A DNA stretch of 64,000 bases from Candidatus Brocadiia bacterium (lineage in GTDB: Bacteria > Planctomycetota > Brocadiia > SM23-32), in contig JBKHIT010000006.1 of NCBI GenBank assembly GCA_046538485.1, positions 57,016 to 121,015 of the forward strand, read 5' to 3'. Positions 10,101-19,014 of this stretch are shown piece after piece (within the stretch, counting starts at the first letter, position 1; each line of letters begins with the position of its first letter). The position numbers were made by a program, and so were the translations under genes. The notes below the pieces were generated by a model that did not search any database, was not told the DNA's origin, and saw only the letters and a program-made list of their open reading frames with translations.

Positions 10101-11140
10101 CCAGCGATCGGATGATCGCCCTCTCCTGTTCCCATAATTTCGGCACCACCATCAGCCATCTCGGCGACATGAACGCCCATTGGGCTGCGATGCACGACGC
10201 CAATAGCGGTGGAAGCGGGTATCCCTTCTCCTCAAAGACGTTCAAACTGTGGGGAATCGCCCGGGACGACGTCGAGTTCATCCCCTACTGGCGCAACGAC
10301 CATGTGGTCGAGGCGATTACGGACGGACTTCTGGTCAGCATGTGGAGACGCCCCGAAACCGTGGTGCTTGCCTTCACAAATTACGGGGACGGTCCAGGAT
10401 CTCCCGAAAGAACACGCCCGGTCAAACTCGATCTCAACCTGAAAGCACTGGGAATCCCGGAAGGTTTGGAGGGCAAGCGTCTCCGCATCGGCACATTCAT
10501 CGACGATCGTATCATCGATCAGGAACTGGGGACTCTCGAGTGGGTGAAAAAGGAACCCGAGCAACCGCACCCCCGCTGGGGCAAACGGAAGATGGTCAAA
10601 CTCCGCGATCCCATCTCCCCGAAAATCAACCCGAACACAGGCGTCATTGATGGTTTCGATCTTCATTTTCACGATACCCGGTATGTCGTACTGCATTGGG
10701 AAAATAAGCCGATCAAGGAAACACGCCTGAAGGAACTCGCGGAGGATGATCAAACCCGTCGCCGGCTTTTGAACTGGGGGGTCAACGGTGCCGCCTCGCT
10801 CTCGCCGGAGAATATGGCGAAATGTATCAAGGGAGAACCCGATGATCTCAAAATAAAAGTTTATACAAAGCGCGGTGCTGTGCTCCTTCACCTCGAAAAC
10901 ACCGGCGCAGAAGAATCCCATGTTAAATTGTCCATCGATCAGAATGCGCTGGACGTCGAACCAAAGCTCTTCAAACATTTCCTGACCATCGACGGTGCTC
11001 GGGCGGTCACGAGTTTTGGAGGTGCAAAAGTCAAACGTTCGTACCGTCGTGGAGTCGCCCTTTACAATGGACTGACCGGCCAGCTCAAAGCCAAATTCAA
11101 ACCCGGTCAGACACGGATTATTACGGTGAACAAATTTTAG
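7145..11140 (+). CDS. Large exported multidomain glycoside hydrolase-like protein (CBM9-like N-terminus, probable DUF6067-type region and TIM-barrel core)
   Basis: Signal peptide MKIRKVTIPIALLLVLIAARADA, then IPRIQKKPAIDGRIHEDEWSQA (CBM9-like), MEQDGMV...SLRLEFPL, NLWVGTEKRGLLW, FYYDIS and FIPYWRN. Specificity cannot be assigned. Confidence 0.7.
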   Translation: MKIRKVTIPIALLLVLIAARADAQTAKKKKEAVIPDFNIPRIQKKPAIDGRIHEDEWSQAVRLTGVVQTGKRRFRERPVIFWVAWDPQHLYIAARSDILPGHRLWKGKRKKYTTGVVYDDSYEYGLYLHGRNRQEGEALSFMKFIINSLGAGEYMKVYPSIGQNMFNWRPTMDIANNIYEKDGKKWWDQEIAMDLDDLQMPRKHKAGDKIDMLLAADLKNPGWQWLDIYSASGHLEHHGFPRGVFTEKEPYVHVHELSGLHDKKLNFHITIHNPSDKAQKVNLRARVVHGPKGQVGPGTPAEKEENVKVAFKKTETITVPASGKIEFKTKKDLSGLSYDKQKKQWAQGILSAFHVNITPAGRPDAKPIYEYNVLFRPRKKSYLNAKPRTVDFMTGRKFNPARNKLFLTGDTLDAKIPEGTEPAAMTYRVMRADEPKKIIAEGRSETYAYYRYEKLLDLGDLKPGKYKVRLALIDKNGKELISKTGMGFQKKDEAKAFAKWWDNDIGNTHRLLKPFEALTVESENGTVISPTRRRYHLDALGMPRQIESNAGNVLSAPARIVLQIDRKTVRVPTNGKLTIKDKKSWRVDFESESPVSAAGVEFSVTGHMEQDGMVFLHLTYAPEDDPVRIESLRLEFPLDDSLGLHMACMGKGNYCPRTIGRVPDGEGQVWSTKDDIGLGGTGMTVGSFMSNLWVGTEKRGLLWAGNTDRGWMPKNEITAHALVREDNTVILRNNIIGTPEDGEPFELTEPRTIHFEYNASPFRKMIPGWRINQVSSANGFFRKPKYKINWDTEKTYFTVLSPPFKDTGRWPEYWAHCKEVAEKQLRSLTYKIRNRLRPYLNNQIALRGYGKKSLEPGPYSYFGGDWSGDTLSKTQRDYFIWLQNEHITKGGVTHFYYDISMVSFKYTNPAAGLGYRLPNGRLQPEYGDQNLRDWYRRVWAQMQETGNYPGGVSGHATNSICLKALSFSDAILDSEYPMQDPIDVFPSDRMIALSCSHNFGTTISHLGDMNAHWAAMHDANSGGSGYPFSSKTFKLWGIARDDVEFIPYWRNDHVVEAITDGLLVSMWRRPETVVLAFTNYGDGPGSPERTRPVKLDLNLKALGIPEGLEGKRLRIGTFIDDRIIDQELGTLEWVKKEPEQPHPRWGKRKMVKLRDPISPKINPNTGVIDGFDLHFHDTRYVVLHWENKPIKETRLKELAEDDQTRRRLLNWGVNGAASLSPENMAKCIKGEPDDLKIKVYTKRGAVLLHLENTGAEESHVKLSIDQNALDVEPKLFKHFLTIDGARAVTSFGGAKVKRSYRRGVALYNGLTGQLKAKFKPGQTRIITVNKF

Positions 11141-11312
11141 TGGCGCTTATCAAAGGCAAAAATCTGAATATGCCGTCAAAGAAGCACAAAACTCCAGCAA
11201 AAGCGTTAACCGGACTCATCACAAGGCATCATCGGTCCCCCGGCTCCATCCCACCGACAACACCCCCACCTCCCGGGGATGGTCGCCGCAGCACTGAGAC
11301 ACCCCGACACCG

Positions 11313-11339
11313 AGTCCCTTTAGTCCCTTCCGTCCCTCC
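11313..11339 (-). repeat. 9-bp-period tandem array (3 x GTCCCT), upstream arm flanking the prepilin-like gene
   Basis: AGTCCCTTT AGTCCCTTC CGTCCCTCC. 11314-11337 is the reverse complement of 12411-12434 at 21 of 24 nt. Confidence 0.75.
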
Positions 11340-11396
11340 AAATACCCGCCAGCGAAATGATAAGGTAATATTTCAATAATAACGGGGAGGAACAAA

Positions 11397-12374
11397 GTGA
11401 AACCATACCGCAACAAATCAAACCCGGCGGGCTTCACCCTGATCGAACTGCTCGTGGTGATTGCCATCATCGCGATTCTGGCCGCCATGCTGATGCCGGC
11501 GCTTGAGAGCGCTCGCGAGAGGGCGCGGCAGATTACGTGCCTGGCCAACCAGAAACAGCTGTACCTGGGAGTCAGCATGTATGCCAACGATAACAGTGCC
11601 CTCCTGCCCTCCTATTACCGGCGCCCAAGCGGGGGCAATTGGATCAACGGCTACTGGGCCGTCCAGACAAGCGACTCGGGACCGTTTAACTACTACAGTT
11701 TCGGGCTTGTCGCCAAACAGGGCTACATCTCACCCGGCAATCTGAAAGACGGCGGCGTGCTGGTCTGCCCCGAATACAAACCTCTCGACTACGGTTTCGG
11801 CGGATCCCATTGTATCGATCTCTACAAACCCGGCGGCTGGCCGTGGGGTTCGCTCGCAGATAAATGGGTTCTCCCCGAGGTCCTGGATGGTAACAACAGC
11901 AATGACTGGTGGATCGAACATTACACCGGCCCGTATCAACTCGCAAGCATGCTGTATTGCCGCGAGGGATGGACATACCCCAACCATGACAGCACCCATT
12001 CCCAGAGAGATCGCTTCCGCGAAAAACCCCTTCTTGGCAACAAAGGTGTCCCGGGGCCTACCGAACAACCGGACGAATCTATGTACGAACGCCACAACGT
12101 AACGAGCCTGATTCAGTGTTCCTACTACGGCATCCACGCGCACGTTTCCGAAGGTGAAGCGACGATTCACCGACCGGACGATCCCGGGGCGCATCAGAAA
12201 CGCGGCTGGAACAGCATCTACATCGACGGTCATGGCCGCTGGGTCCCGATGCCACAGGATCTACTGTCGGCCTGGATCAGCGGCACATCCCGCTGTTATT
12301 CTTACGGCAACACCCAGTTCCAGCGCCACAGCGGTTTCTGGACCTACGCCACCTATTATGACAGAGAACACTGA
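11397..12374 (+). CDS. Prepilin-type N-terminal cleavage/methylation domain protein with an H-X(9/10)-DG C-terminal motif (DUF1559-like PVC family)
   Basis: [44 protein letters not shown], and C-terminal [25 protein letters not shown] before a GTG start. Confidence 0.9.
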   Translation: MKPYRNKSNPAGFTLIELLVVIAIIAILAAMLMPALESARERARQITCLANQKQLYLGVSMYANDNSALLPSYYRRPSGGNWINGYWAVQTSDSGPFNYYSFGLVAKQGYISPGNLKDGGVLVCPEYKPLDYGFGGSHCIDLYKPGGWPWGSLADKWVLPEVLDGNNSNDWWIEHYTGPYQLASMLYCREGWTYPNHDSTHSQRDRFREKPLLGNKGVPGPTEQPDESMYERHNVTSLIQCSYYGIHAHVSEGEATIHRPDDPGAHQKRGWNSIYIDGHGRWVPMPQDLLSAWISGTSRCYSYGNTQFQRHSGFWTYATYYDREH

Positions 12375-12409
12375 CCTCCCGCTCGCAGAGTCACCCGCAG
12401 GAGATGGCG

Positions 12410-12445
12410 AAAGGACGGAAGGGACTTAAGAGACATAAGGGACTA
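12410..12445 (+). repeat. 9-bp-period tandem array (4 x AAGGGAC-type), downstream arm flanking the prepilin-like gene
   Basis: AAAGGACGG AAGGGACTT AAGAGACAT AAGGGACTA. The last unit overlaps the TAG stop of the convergent gene. Confidence 0.75.
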
Positions 12446-14893
12446 ATCATTCGTCTCGCTGGTAAGTTTCTCGGCAAGATCCTGGCATTTTTTTCTAAGA
12501 AACACCCAGAATTCTTCTTTGGGTTCTGTTGCTCCCAGCAACTCTTTTGTTCGTTCCACGGGTTCGTACGATTCCACGCGGACATCCCGCAGCAACGCGG
12601 GTTCGTGGAAATAAAGCCCGATGGGAACCGCTTGCTCGATCCCGATTTCTGGTTCATAGGCCAGCCGCAGCCGTTCATGCCCCTCAATTTTCAGAGTCAG
12701 GTATTCAGGAGTAACACGCCATGAAACCTCCTGCCACTCGCCGGGTTCGATGGTTGCATCGGTGCGGAGGATTTCGTCTCCCCGAGCGAGAACCCGCGAG
12801 ACCGTGTTTCCCAGGCCCCCGTACTGAAGCAGAAGTCCGTCCTGCCAGCTATCGCCGACAAATGCGGAGAAATCGCCGGGAGTTTCGGATTTTGCACAAT
12901 AGCTGATTCGTAGCGGCAACCGACACGTTTTTTCCGAAACGAGCGAATTCTCGCCCGTAATCCGCAGTCCGTCCGATCCGATGACGGGTTCCCCGGCATC
13001 CCAGGACCAGCCCGTTAGATCAGAATCGGAGGTAAAATTGCTGGAAAGTACGGGGATCCATCCTGGTTCAATCAGATTGTCCTTAAACTCCAGATACGGA
13101 CGCGCTACGTCACTGATATCGTTCCATTTCTCTCCGATCAGAACGTTTCGGGATATACGGTTTCCCTTCGGCGCCGCCGGTTCCTCATCCATTAATTCCA
13201 CCAGTTCCGGATACCGCTCCCGCCACGGCAACTGATCGACAGGCATTTTCTCGAGGCGTTCCGGAAGCGTTCCACCCGGTTTCACATGATAGCTCATCCA
13301 GTTCATACCACGGGCATCGACATGTATGGCTCTCCCGCAATCGATGAAAATATTGTTTTCGAAAATGTTGTCCCGTCCACCCCCGATGAACGCCGCCCTT
13401 GTAACTTTCCAGAAGACGTTCCCCCTGACCGTGAATCCGCTGACGGCATCGTCGAGGTAGACTCCCATTGCGCCCACCTGTCCCGGCCCGGCGATATGGT
13501 GAAAAAAGTTCCCCTGCAGAACGGTCCCCCGTTCGGTCCAATCGCGTCCCGCGTAAAAAGCTCCGACGTCCCCGGTCTCCTGGCAGAGATGGTGCAGTTC
13601 GTTGTCTTCGATGACGTGTTCATTCCCGCTGAGCTGAATCCCGTTGTGCGGGGCATGATGGATCAAGTTTCCCCGGACCGTATGCCCCACTCCACTGACG
13701 TTCACCGCAGGAGTGTAGGTGCGGTCGACGCGCGAAAAATGGTGGATATGATTGTCCTCCGCCCGATGGTTCGCATGCGTGAGGCTCGGCCGGTCGCCGC
13801 CCTGGAGCGTGATCCCACCGCGGCCCGGGTTACGGATATGACAGCCCACAATCGCATTATCTGCCCCTCCCTTAACGATGACACCATCGCCGCCCACATT
13901 CCGGATCTCGCAATTTTTGACCTCTACATCTTCGCTCTCTAAAATGGTCAGGGGACATTCTCGCGTCGCCTCAAACGTCAGTCCCTCCAACCGCACGTGA
14001 GAAATACCGTTCATCTCAAGAAGTCCCGGACTGGCTGACAGAACAACCTCCGAGGATTCGATTGGGCGCGGCGGCCACAGGTAAAGGATCCCTTTATCCC
14101 GATCAATATACCATTCCCCCGGCGAATCGAGTTCGCAGAGCATATTGACCGCCCGGTAGCGCATCCCCGGACGGTAACCGTAGTTGTGATACGGTTTCTC
14201 GAGTTCGATGATTTTTCGATCGGTATCGATGGACGCAATTTGCTGGTATTCGTCGCTCCAATCCCAGAACCAGTAGCCGTGCAACCATGGATCTGCTTCG
14301 TCCTGCCAGCGTTCGGGTCGGCTCTCGCGGTAGACAAATTTTCCCACCCGATCTCCTCTGGTCCCGCGGACATCAAACGGCTCGATTCCAAGCACGTCTT
14401 TGACAGTTGTAAAACCGTCGTTCGGCCAGCCGGCCAACGGCATCGGATCACCATCAATGAAAAGCTCCGGGCGTTCTCCGGAGGCCGTAGCGTGTCCAAA
14501 ATCCGGAACGCCCTCGTCTTTCAGATCAAACTGTACAACACGCAGTCGCGCCTCCGCGGTCAGGTGCTTGAAAATTGCTTTGTCCTGAACGGCCTCAGCA
14601 TTTTCCAGCAAGTGACCTCCGGAAAGAATAACCTCTGCGCCCTGTTCTGCTTTCCAGGTAACCGGTGCCGTTTCTGAACCCGAATCTTCAGGCTTTAATT
14701 GCAGGGGCATGTCGATCTCATGCCGGCCCTGTGGAACAGTGATTTCGATCGCAGCGTTTTTATCGCTGGCCTCTTTCTTCATTTGCCGCGCGCCATCCCG
14801 TGCCTCCATCAAAGACTCAAATGATCCGGTGGTCAATGAAGAGTTCTCAGCCCCGTGATTTTTTTGCACCATTACGGAAACGGTCACTGACAT
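12443..14893 (-). CDS. Right-handed parallel beta-helix carbohydrate-active protein with a C-terminal ConA/LamG-like beta-sandwich
   Basis: LKPEDSGSETAPVTWKA, ELFIDG.PMPLAGWPN, HGYWFWDWSD, NMLCELDSPGEWYIDR, ETGDVGAFY.GRDW, GVYLDD and IGGGRDNIFENNIF. Confidence 0.85.
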   Translation of the reverse strand: MSVTVSVMVQKNHGAENSSLTTGSFESLMEARDGARQMKKEASDKNAAIEITVPQGRHEIDMPLQLKPEDSGSETAPVTWKAEQGAEVILSGGHLLENAEAVQDKAIFKHLTAEARLRVVQFDLKDEGVPDFGHATASGERPELFIDGDPMPLAGWPNDGFTTVKDVLGIEPFDVRGTRGDRVGKFVYRESRPERWQDEADPWLHGYWFWDWSDEYQQIASIDTDRKIIELEKPYHNYGYRPGMRYRAVNMLCELDSPGEWYIDRDKGILYLWPPRPIESSEVVLSASPGLLEMNGISHVRLEGLTFEATRECPLTILESEDVEVKNCEIRNVGGDGVIVKGGADNAIVGCHIRNPGRGGITLQGGDRPSLTHANHRAEDNHIHHFSRVDRTYTPAVNVSGVGHTVRGNLIHHAPHNGIQLSGNEHVIEDNELHHLCQETGDVGAFYAGRDWTERGTVLQGNFFHHIAGPGQVGAMGVYLDDAVSGFTVRGNVFWKVTRAAFIGGGRDNIFENNIFIDCGRAIHVDARGMNWMSYHVKPGGTLPERLEKMPVDQLPWRERYPELVELMDEEPAAPKGNRISRNVLIGEKWNDISDVARPYLEFKDNLIEPGWIPVLSSNFTSDSDLTGWSWDAGEPVIGSDGLRITGENSLVSEKTCRLPLRISYCAKSETPGDFSAFVGDSWQDGLLLQYGGLGNTVSRVLARGDEILRTDATIEPGEWQEVSWRVTPEYLTLKIEGHERLRLAYEPEIGIEQAVPIGLYFHEPALLRDVRVESYEPVERTKELLGATEPKEEFWVFLRKKCQDLAEKLTSETND

Positions 14894-15184
14894 ATTCTTT
14901 CCCCTAAATTTTCTTTCCGCAAAACCAATTCACCAACTGAAACGGTAAGAGTGATAACAACCGGTCTCTTTGTCAAGCATAAATACCCGGTGGGTATGCA
15001 CCTCGTCGGCAGACTTCTATCACTACATTCAGAAATCACCTCGCGAATAGCCTCCCTCAAGTCATTCCGAGACTTGCGCTTTGACAGCAAATTGTTAGAC
15101 TCAAATCAGTTGAAGCTGATGATTCATAAAAATGGCACCTTTGTCACCTGGATCAGGCGGCCTCAAAAAGAGCAGGGTGCAATT

Positions 15185-16420
15185 ATGGAAACTCATAAAA
15201 ATGCGATGGCGCTCCCGCTGAACACACTGAAAGAACAAGCCGTCACTGCCCTTAAACAAGTCATACCCGGAATCATTGAGTGGACGGAAAGTGTTCGCCC
15301 GTATGACGGCACGCGCGGCCGGTTTCGTTGGGCCAATGAGTCAACGCGCGATGCCAACGTAGCGGCGACGGCCTATATACTCGGCGGATCCGATAAAATG
15401 GGGATTAAGGATAGAATCTGGACGAACGAAGACCGTCAAGCCGGGGAAGAATGGATTCGCGCCATGCATATTGGCGATCAGCAATACCGCGATCCAGCCT
15501 TGATGGAACGTCGCTCGCCCAATTGGCCGGATGATAAACCCTGGCCCTCTCCTGCCATGCTGGGGGGTATTAATCAGTACGCCCGCAACGTGCTTAAAAG
15601 TTGCGTTAATAATATCGAAGAGCTCCCGCCCGACAGTCCTCCGCCGGGCTGGCCGCAAGCTACCGACAATCCCGATCTGATGCTGGGGTGGGTGAGGACC
15701 CGTCCATACGATGAAAATGCATGGGGTGCGTGCAGTCACGGAATGCGCATGGCAACTTATATGCTCCGATGGCATAAGGAAGGCAAAATCCCCCTTCAGC
15801 CTGTTATCGATGCACTCAACTTCTTCTACAGCATCCAGGATCCACAAACCGGTCTCTGGGGAACAGCCGACCAACCAAAGAATGTCCGTATTAATGGCAC
15901 GTTCAAACTTTTCCCGCTTTTGCGCGAAAACCTGGACCTGCCGCTGCCCCATGCCGGTAAGATCATCGATCAGGTGATGTCCGAATTTGATCGACCTGAT
16001 TATGATGAAACGGTCTGTGGGTGCGACGAATGGGATAACTGGTATGTGATCGGGCTGGCAGGCCCTGAGGCTCCGTCCCATCGTGCGGAAGAAATCAAAA
16101 AAACGGCTGCCTGGCGAATCAGTCGCGTGCTCGAAGTTTTCAGCCAATCGGACGGAGGATTGAGTTTCCACCCGGCTCACTGCAATACCAGTTGGATCGG
16201 ATTTGATATGGCGCCACAACTACCTCAGGGTGATGCCATGGGTCCTGGAATACTCGCTGGCGGGATTAACGTTTGTATCGACCTGACAGATCTCCATGAT
16301 GCAACCGCATGGAGTGGTGTGTGGCGCATGCGCTCGCTTGATGATGAACCTCTTCGGAATGCTATCCTTGAAGGATTGAATGCAGACATAGAGAGTCCAT
16401 CTCAGAAGAACGTTCCATAA
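15185..16420 (+). CDS. Hypothetical protein, probable alpha/alpha-toroid (prenyltransferase/terpenoid-cyclase-like repeat) fold
   Basis: Long ORF with QW-like motifs FYSIQDPQTGLWG and VFSQSDGGLSF. Start at 15185 or 15206. Confidence 0.65.
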   Translation: METHKNAMALPLNTLKEQAVTALKQVIPGIIEWTESVRPYDGTRGRFRWANESTRDANVAATAYILGGSDKMGIKDRIWTNEDRQAGEEWIRAMHIGDQQYRDPALMERRSPNWPDDKPWPSPAMLGGINQYARNVLKSCVNNIEELPPDSPPPGWPQATDNPDLMLGWVRTRPYDENAWGACSHGMRMATYMLRWHKEGKIPLQPVIDALNFFYSIQDPQTGLWGTADQPKNVRINGTFKLFPLLRENLDLPLPHAGKIIDQVMSEFDRPDYDETVCGCDEWDNWYVIGLAGPEAPSHRAEEIKKTAAWRISRVLEVFSQSDGGLSFHPAHCNTSWIGFDMAPQLPQGDAMGPGILAGGINVCIDLTDLHDATAWSGVWRMRSLDDEPLRNAILEGLNADIESPSQKNVP

Positions 16421-16441
16421 TCGACATAAGAGAGAACTTAT

Positions 16442-17470
16442 TTGCGAATACTTTACGGCATACAGAGCACAGGAAAAGGTCATCTATCGCGATTTCTGGG
16501 GCTCCGTCCGCATTTTCGTGAGGATGGACATAAGCTCTGTGTCATTGCCAGCGGGTATGAGACCCCTCCTGACTATTTCTTAGAGGCGATCAGTGACTAC
16601 GAATATCATCGTTTCAAGGGAATATCATACGTGGGTAACGGGCAAGGAGGCGTATCGGAAACGCGGACGGCCGCTGCTTTTCTGAAGAACTTTCCGCGTC
16701 TCATGGATGAAATCGCCAAAGCCCACCGGCTCGTGCGTGATTTTCAGCCGGATGTGATCGTCAGTGATTTTGAACCCATTACCGCGTGCCCGGTTGTCGC
16801 ACCGGACATCCCCAAAATTGGCCTGTCCCACCAGAGCGCCGTCCTGAGTCCGGGCGTTCATCATCCTCCCGGCATACCTTTCGCGAAACTTTCAACGCGT
16901 ACCGTGGTTTCCATTTTTACCGCAGGTCTGAACCATAAATTTGGTTCTCACTTCTATCCGGCCAACCATTATTGTCTTCCGCCGATCATACGGCCGGCCA
17001 TACTGAATGCTAAACGCGAGAACCGGGGACACATTATTGTCTACTACACGATGCCCGGTTTACTGCCCGAAATCAAGAATTACGCACTCACTCACTCCGA
17101 CAGACAATTTATTATCTATGGCGCGAAAGGCGAAAAAGACTCAGCAAACATCCACTACGAACAAGATCGCTCTCAATTCGCACAAGACCTGGCCAGTTGC
17201 GACACCTACGTCGGAACGGCGGGTTTCCAATCGATCAGCGAAGCCTTTTTTCTCGGCAAAAAGATCGTGGTCAAGCCATTGGCGGGTCAGTATGAACAGA
17301 TTTGGAACGCCGCCCAATTGGAACATTACGGAATGGGACGTTGGATGCGGCAAAGCCTGGTTGAAGCACTTGAGCAAGACTTCAACACCGAACTTCACAC
17401 CAAACTGAAAAATTGGTTCGAAAACGGTTCGCTTACCTGCTATGAGAAAATTCTCGCGGCAGCTCACTAA
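16442..17470 (+). CDS. MJ1255/VC2487-family glycosyltransferase (GT-B fold)
   Basis: MRILYGIQSTGKGHLSR, PDVIVSDFEPITA, LPPIIR and AGFQSISEAFFLGK..VKPLAGQYEQIWNA. Confidence 0.85.
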   Translation: MRILYGIQSTGKGHLSRFLGLRPHFREDGHKLCVIASGYETPPDYFLEAISDYEYHRFKGISYVGNGQGGVSETRTAAAFLKNFPRLMDEIAKAHRLVRDFQPDVIVSDFEPITACPVVAPDIPKIGLSHQSAVLSPGVHHPPGIPFAKLSTRTVVSIFTAGLNHKFGSHFYPANHYCLPPIIRPAILNAKRENRGHIIVYYTMPGLLPEIKNYALTHSDRQFIIYGAKGEKDSANIHYEQDRSQFAQDLASCDTYVGTAGFQSISEAFFLGKKIVVKPLAGQYEQIWNAAQLEHYGMGRWMRQSLVEALEQDFNTELHTKLKNWFENGSLTCYEKILAAAH

Positions 17471-17558
17471 CTCAGAACGGCGGTTTCATACTCGTTTGAA
17501 TCCGCCTCATCCAGCCCCAGCACAAACAGGTCTCCCCGTTTTGAACAGACATAATAGT

Positions 17559-18887
17559 TCAGACCGAATTCCCCGGCAGCTGCGCTTTTTCAGCCGGAAA
17601 AAGCTCAGATAATTCCGCCTCATGTTTTTCTTCAAACGGTCCAACCACAGCGAGGTTGGCATTCTCCGGGCGAAAAATTGTATCAATTACCTCAACAAGA
17701 TCATGGGTCGTTAGATCCTCCTGCTCTTTGACGTACTGGCCTGGCGTCCGGATCCGATCTTCAGGCAGCAAGAGACATTGGCGTGCCATATAATCTGCGA
17801 GACGATCCGGGCGGTCGCACATCATGTCCATTCCGCATCGGATTGTCTCTTTATAGGCTTCCAGTTCGTCTTCTTTCAGTCCGTCGTTACGCACTTCTTC
17901 AATCACATCGAGTGTCGCGCGGGCGGCGGCTGCCAAATTGTCTGCGTCCACCGACAGCGTAATATTCACCGCTCCCGTGTCCGAATAAACCATCGGCCGA
18001 CTCGAAATCTGATAGACCAAACCCAGTTCCTCACGCACCGTTGTGAACAGCCTCGAACTCAATCCTCCCCCGATTATTCGCGACGCCGCCATCATAGGGC
18101 TGAAACGGTCATCAGCCGCACTGAAAGCACGAAAGCTCAAAGCCATATTGACCACAGGGGTCCGTTCCGTTCGACGGTATGCAACTCGTGCCCGATATGA
18201 TTCGACTTCTTCCCGAAGAATCTCTGGAATGGGTTGATCGGCCGGCATACTACCTAATGTCGCGTCCAGCATTTCACAAACGCCCTCGAAATCAAAGGCC
18301 CCCGCCATTGAAACAACCATATTTTCCGGCACAAAGAAACGCGAATATTGTTTTTCGACCAGCTCGGAATCAAACTTCTGGACGACCGATAAATTACCCC
18401 GCGTGCCAAGCTCGTCGACTTCCTCTTTGAAAAGCAGGGAGTAGACCAGTTCCAGGGCGCTTAGATTCCGCTGTTTGTCATCCCGGTTCTCGCTGATTTC
18501 CTGAGCCACGATAGCCTTTTCCTGCTCGATTTCATTCTCATTAAACAATGGATTTCGAAGCACATCTGTAAAAACACTCAGGCCCTTTTCACAGTGTTTT
18601 TTATGGACGAGAAGGATTACCTCAAGAGACTCCGGGTGGGTGCTTGCATCAAGTAAACCGCCCATGTGCTCGATCGTCCGCAACAGATCGCACGAACTCG
18701 GATAATTCTTGGAACCCTGAATAATCATGTGTTCCAGAAAATGGGTCAAACCAGCGTGCTCGCGGGGCTCAAACCTCGGGCCTGCATGGACACGAGCATG
18801 ACAGGCAACCGAATGCAATGAGGATTGCTGAACACCGATGATAGCCAAACCGTTATCAAGCTTTTCTTCCCTGTAATCGCCAAGCAA
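17559..18887 (-). CDS. M16-family (pitrilysin/insulinase-like) zinc peptidase
   Basis: Inverted zinc motif GLTHFLEHM (HXXEH), EIEQEKAIVAQEI and GGGLSSRLFTTVREELGLVY. AAGGAG RBS before a TTG start. Confidence 0.92.
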   Translation of the reverse strand: MLGDYREEKLDNGLAIIGVQQSSLHSVACHARVHAGPRFEPREHAGLTHFLEHMIIQGSKNYPSSCDLLRTIEHMGGLLDASTHPESLEVILLVHKKHCEKGLSVFTDVLRNPLFNENEIEQEKAIVAQEISENRDDKQRNLSALELVYSLLFKEEVDELGTRGNLSVVQKFDSELVEKQYSRFFVPENMVVSMAGAFDFEGVCEMLDATLGSMPADQPIPEILREEVESYRARVAYRRTERTPVVNMALSFRAFSAADDRFSPMMAASRIIGGGLSSRLFTTVREELGLVYQISSRPMVYSDTGAVNITLSVDADNLAAAARATLDVIEEVRNDGLKEDELEAYKETIRCGMDMMCDRPDRLADYMARQCLLLPEDRIRTPGQYVKEQEDLTTHDLVEVIDTIFRPENANLAVVGPFEEKHEAELSELFPAEKAQLPGNSV

Positions 18888-18941
18888 AGGGCTCTCCTTG
18901 TAAGTAAATTACTCATTCCCCGTCTTTGTGTCCCTAAAAAG

Positions 18942-18970
18942 ATCGTATACAATACCGGGACATCCGTCAA
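18942..18970 (-). promoter_or_regulatory. Sigma70-type promoter for the M16 peptidase, back-to-back with a plus-strand -10 (TACAAT at 18948-18953)
   Basis: Minus strand reads TTGACG, 17-nt spacer, TACGAT. Confidence 0.6.
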
Positions 18971-19014
18971 TCACGACCGTTCATAACCTCAGCAAGATAA
19001 ATTTGTCGAACGCT

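Noticed and set aside
5773..12445. 9-mer arrays as a CRISPR array or iterons
   Set aside because: Units are 9 bp with no unique spacers, and there is no cas or rep gene nearby.
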